A DNA stretch of 64,000 bases from contig OZ025742.1 in NCBI GenBank assembly GCA_964019335.1, positions 62,001-126,000 of the forward strand. Reading direction: 5' to 3'. This DNA comes from Diplonema japonicum (lineage: Eukaryota > Protista > Euglenozoa: Diplonemea). Below, one piece after another: positions 31,741-41,543 of the stretch (position 1 is its first letter; each line of letters opens with the position of its first letter). Position numbers and translations under genes: made by a program. Below the pieces are notes generated by a model. It worked only from the letters and a program-made list of their open reading frames with translations. It had not been told where the DNA came from and ran no database searches.

Positions 31741-32889
31741 ATGTGGGCAAACACCTGGCTGGTGCTCGTCCTGTGTGCTGCGGTGTCCAACGGTGCGTTC
31801 CTGAAGCCCGTTGGGGAACTGCGGAGGCTGGCACAATCGCCAGACACCACAGCTGCCCAAGCGCTCGACAACGGGAATATAGTAGTCGCTGGCACCTCTG
31901 TCCATAAAGCGAGCCCTCTTCTTCAGAAGACTTGCTGGGCAACTATCTTGAAGAACACCACCGCTGTGATAGCGGAACTTGGCATAAAAAAGTCGCTCGA
32001 GTACGGAAGCGACTATGAGGTGGAGCTTGCTGCTGTGAACGGAAACCACTTTGTGTTTGGATGCGAATGTACTAGTCTTGCCACGAACAGGTCAACGATT
32101 TCTGTGACTTTAGAACTGTTCCTGTACACAGAAGAGGGCGATCTCAAAAGGCGGGGAATTAACATCACTACTCTGTACCCTTGGGTTGATAACGAACCGA
32201 TAGACATATTTGAGGTGGTGACGGTCCCGGACGGGTTCGCGGTCATCACAAACGAGAACGAAACGCATTACTCGTTCACACGGTTCAACAGCGAAGGGGA
32301 CAGGATCATGAAACGACGGTTGGACCTCCCGAAACCCAAGGATTTTCCGTTGAGCAGTGTTCAAACTGTTGTCCTTGGCAATGACAACATTCTCATCTTA
32401 TCTGGAAGGGCGGAGAGCGATGGTTTCTCAATCCTGTCAATGATGGTGACTCTGGACACAAACGGGACAGTTGTGGCGGCGCTCAACGTTTCGTGTTACC
32501 GTCCAGAAGACGGATTCCCCTTTGTGAGGAGCGCCTCGGGTGGGTTCTTCTTGACTTACAACAACATTGTCCTTCGCTACAACTACAAGATGGAGCTTCT
32601 GCTGAACGTCACAACAGATGTGATTCTGTGCGCGGTTGCGGACGGCAAGAATCCTGAGGACGAATTCGTTGTGATGGGCTACAACGTCACAGACCCGGTG
32701 CTGTTCTCCCAGGCCAGGAACTATGGGATGAACGGGACTCGCTCTGCCGCTGTTTCTTTTAGTACGTCGGCGAGTTATTTTGACTGGCCACTTCGCCCCT
32801 CTGGGACTAACACTCTGTGGAATGTGTACGGGATAGATGATGGTCTCTATTTGACTATTGCCGTTCAGCGGTACGAGCTTCTTGAGTAG
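31741..32889 (+). CDS. Secreted hypothetical beta-rich glycoprotein
   Basis: ATG after poly(A); signal peptide MWANTWLVLVLCAAVSNG; many N-x-S/T sequons; alternating beta-strand-like pattern. Confidence 0.75.
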   Translation: MWANTWLVLVLCAAVSNGAFLKPVGELRRLAQSPDTTAAQALDNGNIVVAGTSVHKASPLLQKTCWATILKNTTAVIAELGIKKSLEYGSDYEVELAAVNGNHFVFGCECTSLATNRSTISVTLELFLYTEEGDLKRRGINITTLYPWVDNEPIDIFEVVTVPDGFAVITNENETHYSFTRFNSEGDRIMKRRLDLPKPKDFPLSSVQTVVLGNDNILILSGRAESDGFSILSMMVTLDTNGTVVAALNVSCYRPEDGFPFVRSASGGFFLTYNNIVLRYNYKMELLLNVTTDVILCAVADGKNPEDEFVVMGYNVTDPVLFSQARNYGMNGTRSAAVSFSTSASYFDWPLRPSGTNTLWNVYGIDDGLYLTIAVQRYELLE

Positions 32890-33033
32890 CGTGGCGGTCC
32901 TTTGCAGTAACACTTTTTTTTTTGTGGGAAATGTCCCACGGAAAAAAAAAAAATCATGTGATCGGGGGTGTCTTGTGGGGGGGGGGGGGGGGGGGAAGGG
33001 GTTCCGGTTTTTTTTTTTCTTCTTTTTTTTTTG

Positions 33034-33438
33034 TTTCGCGGCTTTGGGATTAAGGTAGGTCCATCTTCACTGACGTTTCGGTATTGTGAAACTTCTTCAC
33101 TGTCCATTCTTTTTTCTTTTCTTTTTTTTTTTTTAAACACGTGTTTTTGCTCTCTCTTCCCCCCCCCCCCTTTTTTTTGTAACCATTGGTTAAGGTAACC
33201 TACCGTAACTGAAGAAAGCGTGACCCCCACCCTCGTGAATACAATAGACAGAGAAAGAAACGGCAATCTTTTTTAGGACAGTTCCAGGACCACCCGATTT
33301 GATAGTTGTGCAAAATTTCACAATTTCTTTTTTTCGCACGTAATAAAGTGCCGATTTGTTGAAAATTGTGTTTTTTTTCACCTTTCTTTCTTTCTTTGGG
33401 AGGCGACCCTGACTCTTGAACGCAGTCTAAATCCCCCC
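33034..33438 (+). repeat. Second copy of the 31040-31455 non-coding segment
   Basis: Direct repeat at an offset of about 1.99 kb. Confidence 0.9.
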
Positions 33439-33537
33439 TTTTCTATCTTGTTTTAACAACTACATCATTTTGCCTCCCCCCACGACGTGAGCACCCTTGA
33501 CAATTCGATGCCCAGGGCAACATCTGAGGAGCCACAT

Positions 33538-33812
33538 GACGGCAACAACCCTGATGGGCTACAACGCCACAGACCCCGGTGCTGTTCTCCCAGGCCAGGA
33601 ACTATCGGATGAACGGGACACGTTCTGCCGCATTCTTTCAATACGTTAGTAAATCCCTTTGACTGACCGACACCTCGCCTCTGGGAGCAATATTCTATGT
33701 GATGGTCAATTTGCGACTATTGGGAATGTCACCCACGAGAAAAAAAAAAAAGTAATGTGTTTTCCCTCTCCGGATGGGATCGGGGGGTCTTGTGGGGGAA
33801 ACTGGGTTCCGG
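33538..33812 (+). pseudogene. Decayed copy of the 3' end (and 3' flank) of the 31741-32889 gene
   Basis: GACGGCAA..CCTGA, GATGGGCTACAACG.CACAGACCC.GGTGCTGTTCTCCCAGGCCAGGAACTAT.GGATGAACGGGAC and GATCGGGG..TCTTGTGGGGG match 32641-33008 with indels. Confidence 0.85.
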
Positions 33813-34033
33813 GTTTTTTGTTTTGTGTTTTTGTTTTGTTTCTTTGAATTTCTCAACTCCCTGTGTTGTGTAATAGCTCGATTTTGTGTCAATGCCCCCC
33901 TCCCCACCTTCCCAGCTCTGCCATTGGAACGTTTTATCCAAAATAACTGTGTCTTTTTTTTTTTTTTTTTATAAAAAAGGGTGGACCTTTCTACTAGGTT
34001 AACCCCCTGGCTGTGCACAACAAAAAAATAAAA

Positions 34034-35004
34034 ATGTCTGTCTCAATGAAGAGTGAGAAAAAGCCCGAGCTGACGGCCAACGGCGAAGAGATGGTCCCCA
34101 ACGCTCCCAACAAAGCACCCTTCCCCGAAGTCTCCACCCACACCGACAAGAACTCTTTAGCAGAGGTAGTTGCGGCTTTCCTGCGCAGTCCTCAAGGTGC
34201 TGCTGTTTTGTCATGGTGATCGTGGAGACCTCGCTGACCGCGGAGGTCAGCCATCAAGTTACCAGGGCCGCACGGCCCACCTCGGGGTACTAGAATTCCT
34301 GCCCGACTCCATCGACATCAAACGCCCTATCTCTGGAAGGGCTACTTCGCCGACCCGCTCGTACGGCGCGAGATCCGGAGAGAGATTCGTTTTAGATATC
34401 AGGGACCGAAGACACCGGAATTCCCTTCTGACGAAGGGAGTACGGTAGAGCACGAGCAGCGCAGATCCTTGGCCGTGTTGAATGCCATGTTTGAATCTGC
34501 TGCGATGGCCGGAGAGGCACTTTTACCTTCGATTCACTTGGTGTTGGTAAATCTCGAGGCGAACCACATCCGGCTTCGGTCCAGGGACAGTGTCGTGGCG
34601 GTGAAAAGGGGTAAAATGTTCGAACAAGAAATGCAATTTGTCCCCTGGACCAGCTACACCAAGGAGTTTCTTTTCCAGGTGATGGAGAACGTGTGGGACA
34701 TCAGGACGGACGACATGCCGAGCGCCAAACGTCTTAAGTTACTTCGCCATCCGGCAAAGCGTTGAAACGAAGAGACCGAACGTATCCTCCTGCAGAGGAG
34801 ACGAGGTTGCCACGACGTCTCGGTAACGCAGGAGGAGAGTCAGCTCTTGTCCGGACGGGGAGCGCCTTCCGTCTACGAAGATAATGCCTTCCTCTGTGAA
34901 CTAACGCATGGGGCAAGGCTCTCCAGGGTCTTACGACCGCAGATACAAAACGTAACGAGTGACCCAAGGTACTCTTTCCTTGCACTCCTGCCCCTTGGGG
35001 GCCC
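34034..35004 (+). pseudogene. Fragmented coding-like segment (frameshifts/stops) bracketed by a 15-bp direct repeat
   Basis: Homopolymer-free, coding-like DNA beginning with an A-tract+ATG, split over ORFs 34013-34219, 34170-34448, 34469-34765 and 34847 onward. GGCTGTGCACAACAA at 34009-34023 and 35005-35019. Confidence 0.5.
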
Positions 35005-35153
35005 GGCTGTGCACAACAACCAACCGACTTTTCTTTTTTTTTTTTTTTTTCTTTTTTGCCTACGTGCGAAATTGCATAACCCATATTCGAAGTATTTTTC
35101 AAAACGAAAAAAAAAGAAGGCGAAAAAGAAGAAGGGAGGGGGAAAAAAAAAAT

Positions 35154-35861
35154 ATGGGCTGGCATGGAATCATCCCAACCCCGCCTCCAAGGTTGAAGAA
35201 CGTGAAGAAGTCCCAGCAAAGTGAAGGTTCGTACGAGTGGGCCATGAGCAGGCCATCGATGACGAAGTTCCTGGAAATGACCGCAGAGGAGAAGGAGCAG
35301 TTAAGAGTGAAGACCGTCAGCTGGCAGACGAGGGAAACGTTGGGGGGCTTCCACCACGATAATATGAAAGTAACAGCGAAACGGCTTGGCACTTGGGAGG
35401 AAGGGGCCCAGGCAAAAGCGGCTGGTGTCACCAAATGGGAGATGAAAATGCAAAGGTCAAGAGAAGCACTAGAAGGTGCCCCGCTTAGCCCTGGCAAAGC
35501 CACCTCGCTGCCCCTTTTGAAGCAAGCGTCCGAGTTCGGAAGGGAAGGGGCTCCTTATTTCAAACTTGGTCCCGATTTGAAGAATCGCATCGGTACAACT
35601 CCAGCAAGCCCACCTACGAAACCTACTTCCTCCCCTCCTGCTCGGCCTACCGACGAATCACCATCTGTTCCTGGTGTTGTCGAAACAGACGCCCCCGCAC
35701 CCCCCTCTCCTACCCCTCTCTCCTTTGACATCTCACTCGACTCTCTGTCTTATTCAGAACTCAACAAAATCACCACTGCCACCGACATACTGTTGCGGAA
35801 CAACCCAAATTCAAAGTATCTAATCCCTCTGCAAGAGGCTCTGTTGAAAAGGCGGGATTAA
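35154..35861 (+). CDS. Hypothetical protein, Pro-rich C-terminal half
   Basis: ATG 35154 (MGWHGIIP) after an A/G-tract; 235 aa. Confidence 0.7.
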   Translation: MGWHGIIPTPPPRLKNVKKSQQSEGSYEWAMSRPSMTKFLEMTAEEKEQLRVKTVSWQTRETLGGFHHDNMKVTAKRLGTWEEGAQAKAAGVTKWEMKMQRSREALEGAPLSPGKATSLPLLKQASEFGREGAPYFKLGPDLKNRIGTTPASPPTKPTSSPPARPTDESPSVPGVVETDAPAPPSPTPLSFDISLDSLSYSELNKITTATDILLRNNPNSKYLIPLQEALLKRRD

Positions 35862-36140
35862 TAATGAGAAGGGGATGTGGGGGGGGGGGGGGGGAATGTA
35901 AATAAAAAAGTTGTTTTTTTTTTAATGGGAGGGGCACACAAAGACCCCTCCCCCTTCTTATTCCCCCCCCGTGCTTCTTTTTCCAAAGGAGACGAAAAGG
36001 GAAGAAAAAAAAAGAAGGTTTCTGTTTTTTTTTTTTTTTTTTTATATGTATATCAACACGGTCCCCCAAATAAAAAAAAAAACCCAATAAAAATACAGGG
36101 AGGAGGCGGGAGGGGGAGCGGGAAGGAGGGTGGGGGGATA

Positions 36141-39100
36141 ATGGCAGTTATCGTTTCTGTTCCGGCGTTACCGGAGTACAGTGGAACCTACGAAGAAATC
36201 GGCGAAGCGGCATGGGGGAAGGGCAGGCTGAGGCTCTACTCTTCGCAGGGCTACTGGATGCTGGGGACAATGGAAGACGCACAGCGCGGCGTGGGGAGCG
36301 TGGCATCAGTAGAAGGACACGGCGACCGCCCACCATGGGAAATCACAAAATGGAAGTACTACATAGTTCACAGTTCTTGCTGGGCGGAAGCAGCTGACAT
36401 CAGAATCTACAAAAGCACCGACATGGAATCTGCCTCGGGAATGTGGTCCGTAATCGGTGCGGCAGGTGCCGTAGTACGAGAAGACGAGGCACTGAATAGC
36501 GCCGTCGTCCAACAACTTCCACAAGGCGCCCACGTCAGAGTTCTCGAGGTACGGGGCCGCCGGGCAATGCTCGCAAACCCACACGGATGGGTTTCCATAT
36601 CTGCAAAAACAGGGGAGCAGATCTTAGCACCGTTGGGTGATGCAGCCGAGACATACTCTGCGCTCTCCACCACACCAGCGCAAACTCCCAACCAACACAC
36701 ACCTGACATATCATATTCACCAAGAGAGGTGACAAATGGCGACCAGCATGCAAGAGGGGAGTCCACGATGCAAGTAATCCTCCCCATCAAAGTGCAGTAC
36801 GCCTTCAACGTTGAGGTTGATGAGACGCAGGCCCCGGGAAATGTCCGTTTGAGTCCCATGTCGCAGCACCGGCCTCAGATCCTGGGTATTCAAACCGGGC
36901 AGCCTTCCATCCAATCTCATCAGGCAGTGCGTACGCCTCCGCAGGTCGCTGCCCCAATGAGTACACCTCACCAAGCTCCTCCAATGGGAACCCCCGTGCA
37001 GTCCTCTCACGCACCCACGCCCCAGCATCTCCCTTCGCAGGGTAATCAAGACACTCCTCCCATGGGCAGTCCCCTGCAGTCCTCTTACATGCAGCAGGGA
37101 AGCGGAACACCTCAGTCTCAGCATCCTCAAGAGATGCCACTGCAACCTGTCTCTGTTGCAATGGGTACGCCGATGCAGTCCTCTTATATGGCTTCTGCTT
37201 CGACGCCGCAAAATCTTCCAGTGGGAACACCTCAACAGCCGGTGCAGGTGACAGCTCAGCAGGGGCCGCATGTTGCTGTCACACCTACACCTCAGCAGTC
37301 CTCGCTAACACCGCAGAACTACCCGATGGGGACGCCTCAGCACACTGCACAACTCTCTCCTCAGAATGCCCCCATGGGGACCCCTCAGCAAACTCCGCAG
37401 AACCATTCGATCGAGGCTCTGCAGCAGTTTACACCGCGAGGGCTGTCACATGTCAGCGCCACACCGCCCATGGGGACGCCTCAGCAGTCTGTGCAGGCGA
37501 CACCGCAGAATTACCCGATGGGGACACCTCAGCACCCAGCGCAGCCCACACCGCAAAACGCTCCGGCGGGGACCCCTCAGCTCCAGGGACAGGCAACACC
37601 GCAAAATGCTCCCGCGGGTACGCCTCAGTTGCCTGCACAGGAGATGTCAACAGCAACACCGCCGATGGGGACGCCGTTGCAGTCGTCGCAGATGGAAGCT
37701 GCTCCTTCGCAGCAACTAGTTTCAGCAGCGATGGGGACCCCTTTGCAATCGTCACATATTGGAGCTGTGCCTTCACAGCAGCCGGTTTCAGCAGCGATGG
37801 GGACCCCTTTGCAGTCGTCGCATATTGGAGCTGTTCCTTCGCAGCAACCAGCTTCTGCAGCGATGGGGACGCCATTGCAGTCGTCGCAGATGGAAGCTGT
37901 TCCTTCGCAGCAACCGGTTTCAGCAGCGATGGGGACTCCTTTGCAGTCGTCGCAGCAACCAGTTTCAGCGGCGATAGGGACTCCGTTGCAGTCAGCGCAA
38001 GCTGTGCCTTCGCAGCAACCGGTTTCAGCGGCGATGGGGACTCCATTGCAGTCATCTCATGCTCCGATGGGGACGCCGTTGCAGTCGTCGCAGATGCAGC
38101 CCACCCCACCGGCGGGGACGCCACAGCAGGTGCCTGTTTCAGTAAGCCACGCGTCGCAGTACCAGTCGCGGTACGAGGGGGCTCATGTCATGATGGCATC
38201 GCAGGTGTCAATGGAGAACCCTCCCCGCCCTGCGAACTCGCAACGGTCGACACCCCAGCACGCCCCTGTGCGGAACATCTTGGAAACGGCGGAGAAGCTT
38301 TATGACGAGTCGGAGTACGCACAAGAAGACGAGCCCGCCACACCATTGTCTGCCCACGGGAAGACACAGCCGGTGTGCGAGGAACTCATCAACGCGACAG
38401 CAGCCACCCACACCCACACCCATGGCATGTCAATGACAGGGACGTGGCATGTAGAAACACGCGACTGCCCAAAGCACGCCGATTCCGTGTACACGTTGGA
38501 GGTCCTTCAAAACGAAGAGGGAAGGCTGAGGGGTGAATATGTAAGAGCAGGGGTGCAAGGCCCGCCGAAACCTTGCAGAGGGCAGTACAACAAGATGTGG
38601 AGGATCTCGGAGATGAAGATAGATTGGGGCCCGGGACACACTTCCACTTTGAGGCTTCGGCTGGACGATGAGAAAAACGCTGATGGTGCGCACATCTTAC
38701 GTGGGGAATTCACAAATGACTACGACGGCACAGAGGGGAAGGTCACAGTGGTGGTGGTCCCGCCAGGGTTGCGCGAGGATGTAAAGACAGAACAGCAGTT
38801 TCAGGAACAACTAAGTGACGTGTCTTACGTGGGCGTCCCGCTGCCCGTTGGGATCAATGCTGTCTGGCAGCAGGAACACCTCACTGGCACGGATAAGCGG
38901 CAAATATATGAATGTCTTGAAAGGGACATCTGTGCTGCCCTTGGGGTAGGCTCCCCACAGGTTAAGGTAATTGATGGCCAGGTACGCCTGGCCACCATCC
39001 CAGGAGGCATCCCCACCGAGATCCTCAAAGAGCGTTACGATGCCGCAGAGGTGTCAGACCAAATCCCCCTGCCGGAGACAAAAGCGGTTTTGAAATCCTT

Positions 39101-39419
39101 GGGGCTTCTCATGGTGCAATCTACCCCGGATTCCTTTAACCACCCGGTGCTGCAGGACCCGTTTGCAGGCCATGTCCCGTGTCATTCTCCTTATTCCCGA
39201 ACGCCTTTAAGTCCTGCTGAGACTTTGCCGCCAAATGCAGTAATGAAGGCTTCTCTATCTCCTTCTGGCTACGCTGCAAGGATGACAAGTCCCGTGCGAA
39301 CGGTAATGAGGGGGGGGGGGAAAAAAGTTGGAGGGAAAAAAAAATTGCAGAAACCGGATTCTGAGTTCACTCGCCGACTCCAAGAAATCAGCGACCTTAG
39401 GCACTCGCTGCAGGTTTGA
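36141..39419 (+). CDS. Large protein with SH3-like N-terminal domain and central MGTP(L/Q)Q repeat region (probable 3' intron)
   Basis: ATG 36141. SH3-like GAVVRE..LNS.VV..LP.G.HVRVLEVRGRRA....GWVS. Probable in-frame intron 39303-39350 (GTAATG..CAG, 48 nt, G/A tracts). Confidence 0.8.
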   Translation: MAVIVSVPALPEYSGTYEEIGEAAWGKGRLRLYSSQGYWMLGTMEDAQRGVGSVASVEGHGDRPPWEITKWKYYIVHSSCWAEAADIRIYKSTDMESASGMWSVIGAAGAVVREDEALNSAVVQQLPQGAHVRVLEVRGRRAMLANPHGWVSISAKTGEQILAPLGDAAETYSALSTTPAQTPNQHTPDISYSPREVTNGDQHARGESTMQVILPIKVQYAFNVEVDETQAPGNVRLSPMSQHRPQILGIQTGQPSIQSHQAVRTPPQVAAPMSTPHQAPPMGTPVQSSHAPTPQHLPSQGNQDTPPMGSPLQSSYMQQGSGTPQSQHPQEMPLQPVSVAMGTPMQSSYMASASTPQNLPVGTPQQPVQVTAQQGPHVAVTPTPQQSSLTPQNYPMGTPQHTAQLSPQNAPMGTPQQTPQNHSIEALQQFTPRGLSHVSATPPMGTPQQSVQATPQNYPMGTPQHPAQPTPQNAPAGTPQLQGQATPQNAPAGTPQLPAQEMSTATPPMGTPLQSSQMEAAPSQQLVSAAMGTPLQSSHIGAVPSQQPVSAAMGTPLQSSHIGAVPSQQPASAAMGTPLQSSQMEAVPSQQPVSAAMGTPLQSSQQPVSAAIGTPLQSAQAVPSQQPVSAAMGTPLQSSHAPMGTPLQSSQMQPTPPAGTPQQVPVSVSHASQYQSRYEGAHVMMASQVSMENPPRPANSQRSTPQHAPVRNILETAEKLYDESEYAQEDEPATPLSAHGKTQPVCEELINATAATHTHTHGMSMTGTWHVETRDCPKHADSVYTLEVLQNEEGRLRGEYVRAGVQGPPKPCRGQYNKMWRISEMKIDWGPGHTSTLRLRLDDEKNADGAHILRGEFTNDYDGTEGKVTVVVVPPGLREDVKTEQQFQEQLSDVSYVGVPLPVGINAVWQQEHLTGTDKRQIYECLERDICAALGVGSPQVKVIDGQVRLATIPGGIPTEILKERYDAAEVSDQIPLPETKAVLKSLGLLMVQSTPDSFNHPVLQDPFAGHVPCHSPYSRTPLSPAETLPPNAVMKASLSPSGYAARMTSPVRTVMRGGGKKVGGKKKLQKPDSEFTRRLQEISDLRHSLQV
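36955..38130 (+). repeat. Coding tandem repeats (PMGTP.Q..), including 66-nt/22-aa units AVPSQQPVSAAMGTPLQSS(HIG/QME)
   Basis: ATGGGGACC/G recurs, e.g. at 37731 and 37797 (66-nt period). Confidence 0.9.
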
Positions 39420-39530
39420 ATTTTAACAAAAATAAAAAAAAAAGATTTATAAAAAAATTACCTGCAGGGTTGATGGAAAACTGGAAAAAGTGAACAAGCA
39501 TCTCCTATTTCTTTTTGTTTGCTGTAGCCC

Positions 39531-39561
<31 letters not shown>

Positions 39562-40113
39562 TTCACCGCGAAAAAAAAAAGAAAAAAACAGAACAAAAGA
39601 GTGGGGAGGGAAAAAAAGGGAAAAACGAAAAAAAAAAGGAATCTGTTTGTAAGAAAAAAATCCTTTTTTTTTTTTTTTTTTGCCCCAACCCCCCCATTCT
39701 CACACTTTGTACCCCGTTTCCGTCCCGTTTCCCCCATTTCGTTTTCTCCTTCTTTTTTTCTTTTTCTACTGTTGTACAAGTTTCTTGTTTTTTTCTTTTA
39801 AACCATGTTTGTTATTCACTTCCACCCCCCCCCTTTTTTTCTGTTTTTTTGTTTCCCCTTATTTTTGACCACATGACCCGCACTATTTTTGACCACCCAA
39901 ATAAGCTAGGGCCTTATCACTGTCCGCAGGGTGACTATTTCACCATATGCCCGGCCCTGGAGCATACTGGCCTACAACCCTCAAGGAAATGCATGACGAA
40001 AAGGGCACAAAAAAAAAAAAAATAAATGTGGGAACATCTTCTTAATAAGAGTTAACACTGTCCAGGGGGCGGGTGCGGGGGGGACGGGATTAGACAAAAA
40101 AAAAGAAAAAACT

Positions 40114-41418
40114 ATGTGTTCTCACATTACATCGATCTTCGACTACAGTTTCAATGGGCGGGCGGAGTCCAGCCGGCGGTCAATCGGTCTACCCCCGATG
40201 AAAAAAAGAAAAAGAATGAGGCTTTCGGAGATCTACCCTGTGATGACGCGGCGCCTAGAAGAGCTGTGCCTGAGACGAACAACAAGCAGCGGCGCACAAT
40301 ACAAAAGACACCCTGTGCTGGCACCACCACCAAGAAACAAGCTGCTGTTTAACAGAAAACGCGCGAGCAGTGCAGCACCACGTCCCGAGCCGCGTGTTTC
40401 ACTCCCTAACCCAGCACCGCTGCTCAACAGAAAACGAGCGAGCAGCGCAGCACCAACAAACAAAAAATCCGTTCGCACAGTAAGGGCAAACAGTGCGGCC
40501 CCTCGAATATCCATGAAAAGCGAGCGTCTGCGCACCCTGAAAGACCTCGGGAAACGAAGGGAGACTGCCTTCCCAGACGAGATTTTGAAAATCATATTCT
40601 CCTGGATCCCGAACTTGCACCCTTTGCTCACCTGCGTCTCGGGTTCCTGGAGAAGCAGCATTGCCACAATACAAGAAACGACACCGCAGAAACCACAATT
40701 TTCTCTGTCGGATGAAATATGGTGCGTCATCTTTTCATGGATCCCCGGAGCGAGCCTTATGTCAGCATCGTGTGTGTCGCAACGCTGGGGGTTCCTCATC
40801 ACACGTTCCACAATGAAGCCGGTGCCGTATCCTGTCTCATTGGATGTATGCCCCATGTGCTTGCGGTTGAGAAGGTACCCAGATCGCCAGCACTGCAGGG
40901 ACTGCGAAAAAGATATTCTTGGGTATATTAAACCGGAGTCGTTAGAAGAGAGGGTGTGTTTTAGTACTGACGCGGCAAGCCTTTTGGGCACGCCTGCTGT
41001 GATTGAATCAGAAGGCGACACATTCAAAGTATGGCGATACCTCGATCTAGGGCTCTCGGTGGTGTTTTGGAAGAACAAAGGGTTGCGAACAGCCTGTTTT
41101 ATGTTTCACAACGGGTCGGAGTCGTTCAAACGGTACCCTTTTCCGATATGCCCTGGTGTTACACTCGGGGGCCCTGCTTTTGAGACAGCAGGGCAGGCTG
41201 TGTGGCGCACGTACAGCACATCGTCACCGTCCGAGAGAATTCTATCGTTTCAGTATTCAAAAACACCCAAAGACTTCAGCGGGCTGAGCTACAAATCGTT
41301 AGAAACAGTCATTCTTCACAGCAACACGATACAGCTCACAGCGGAACAGCAAGACAACATTTGGGACGCCCGAGACGTCATAGTAAAAAAGCTGGCGGCG
41401 ATGCGGTACCTGGTGTAG
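40114..41418 (+). CDS. Protein with two tandem F-box-like motifs
   Basis: FPDEILKIIFSWIP...TCVSGSWR and LSDEIWCVIFSWIP....ASCVSQRW; CxxC..CxxC after the second; duplicated NRKRASSAAP in the basic N-terminus. Confidence 0.75.
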   Translation: MCSHITSIFDYSFNGRAESSRRSIGLPPMKKRKRMRLSEIYPVMTRRLEELCLRRTTSSGAQYKRHPVLAPPPRNKLLFNRKRASSAAPRPEPRVSLPNPAPLLNRKRASSAAPTNKKSVRTVRANSAAPRISMKSERLRTLKDLGKRRETAFPDEILKIIFSWIPNLHPLLTCVSGSWRSSIATIQETTPQKPQFSLSDEIWCVIFSWIPGASLMSASCVSQRWGFLITRSTMKPVPYPVSLDVCPMCLRLRRYPDRQHCRDCEKDILGYIKPESLEERVCFSTDAASLLGTPAVIESEGDTFKVWRYLDLGLSVVFWKNKGLRTACFMFHNGSESFKRYPFPICPGVTLGGPAFETAGQAVWRTYSTSSPSERILSFQYSKTPKDFSGLSYKSLETVILHSNTIQLTAEQQDNIWDARDVIVKKLAAMRYLV

Positions 41419-41543
41419 AAAGTTCATTTTTTTTTCCTTCTTTTTTTTTCTTTTTAAAACTCTTGGTTTGATTCACATCGAACCCCCCCCTTTTTTTTAA
41501 CTCTTCCCCCCCCTCCCTACTTTTTTCCCCCCTCACTTTATAA

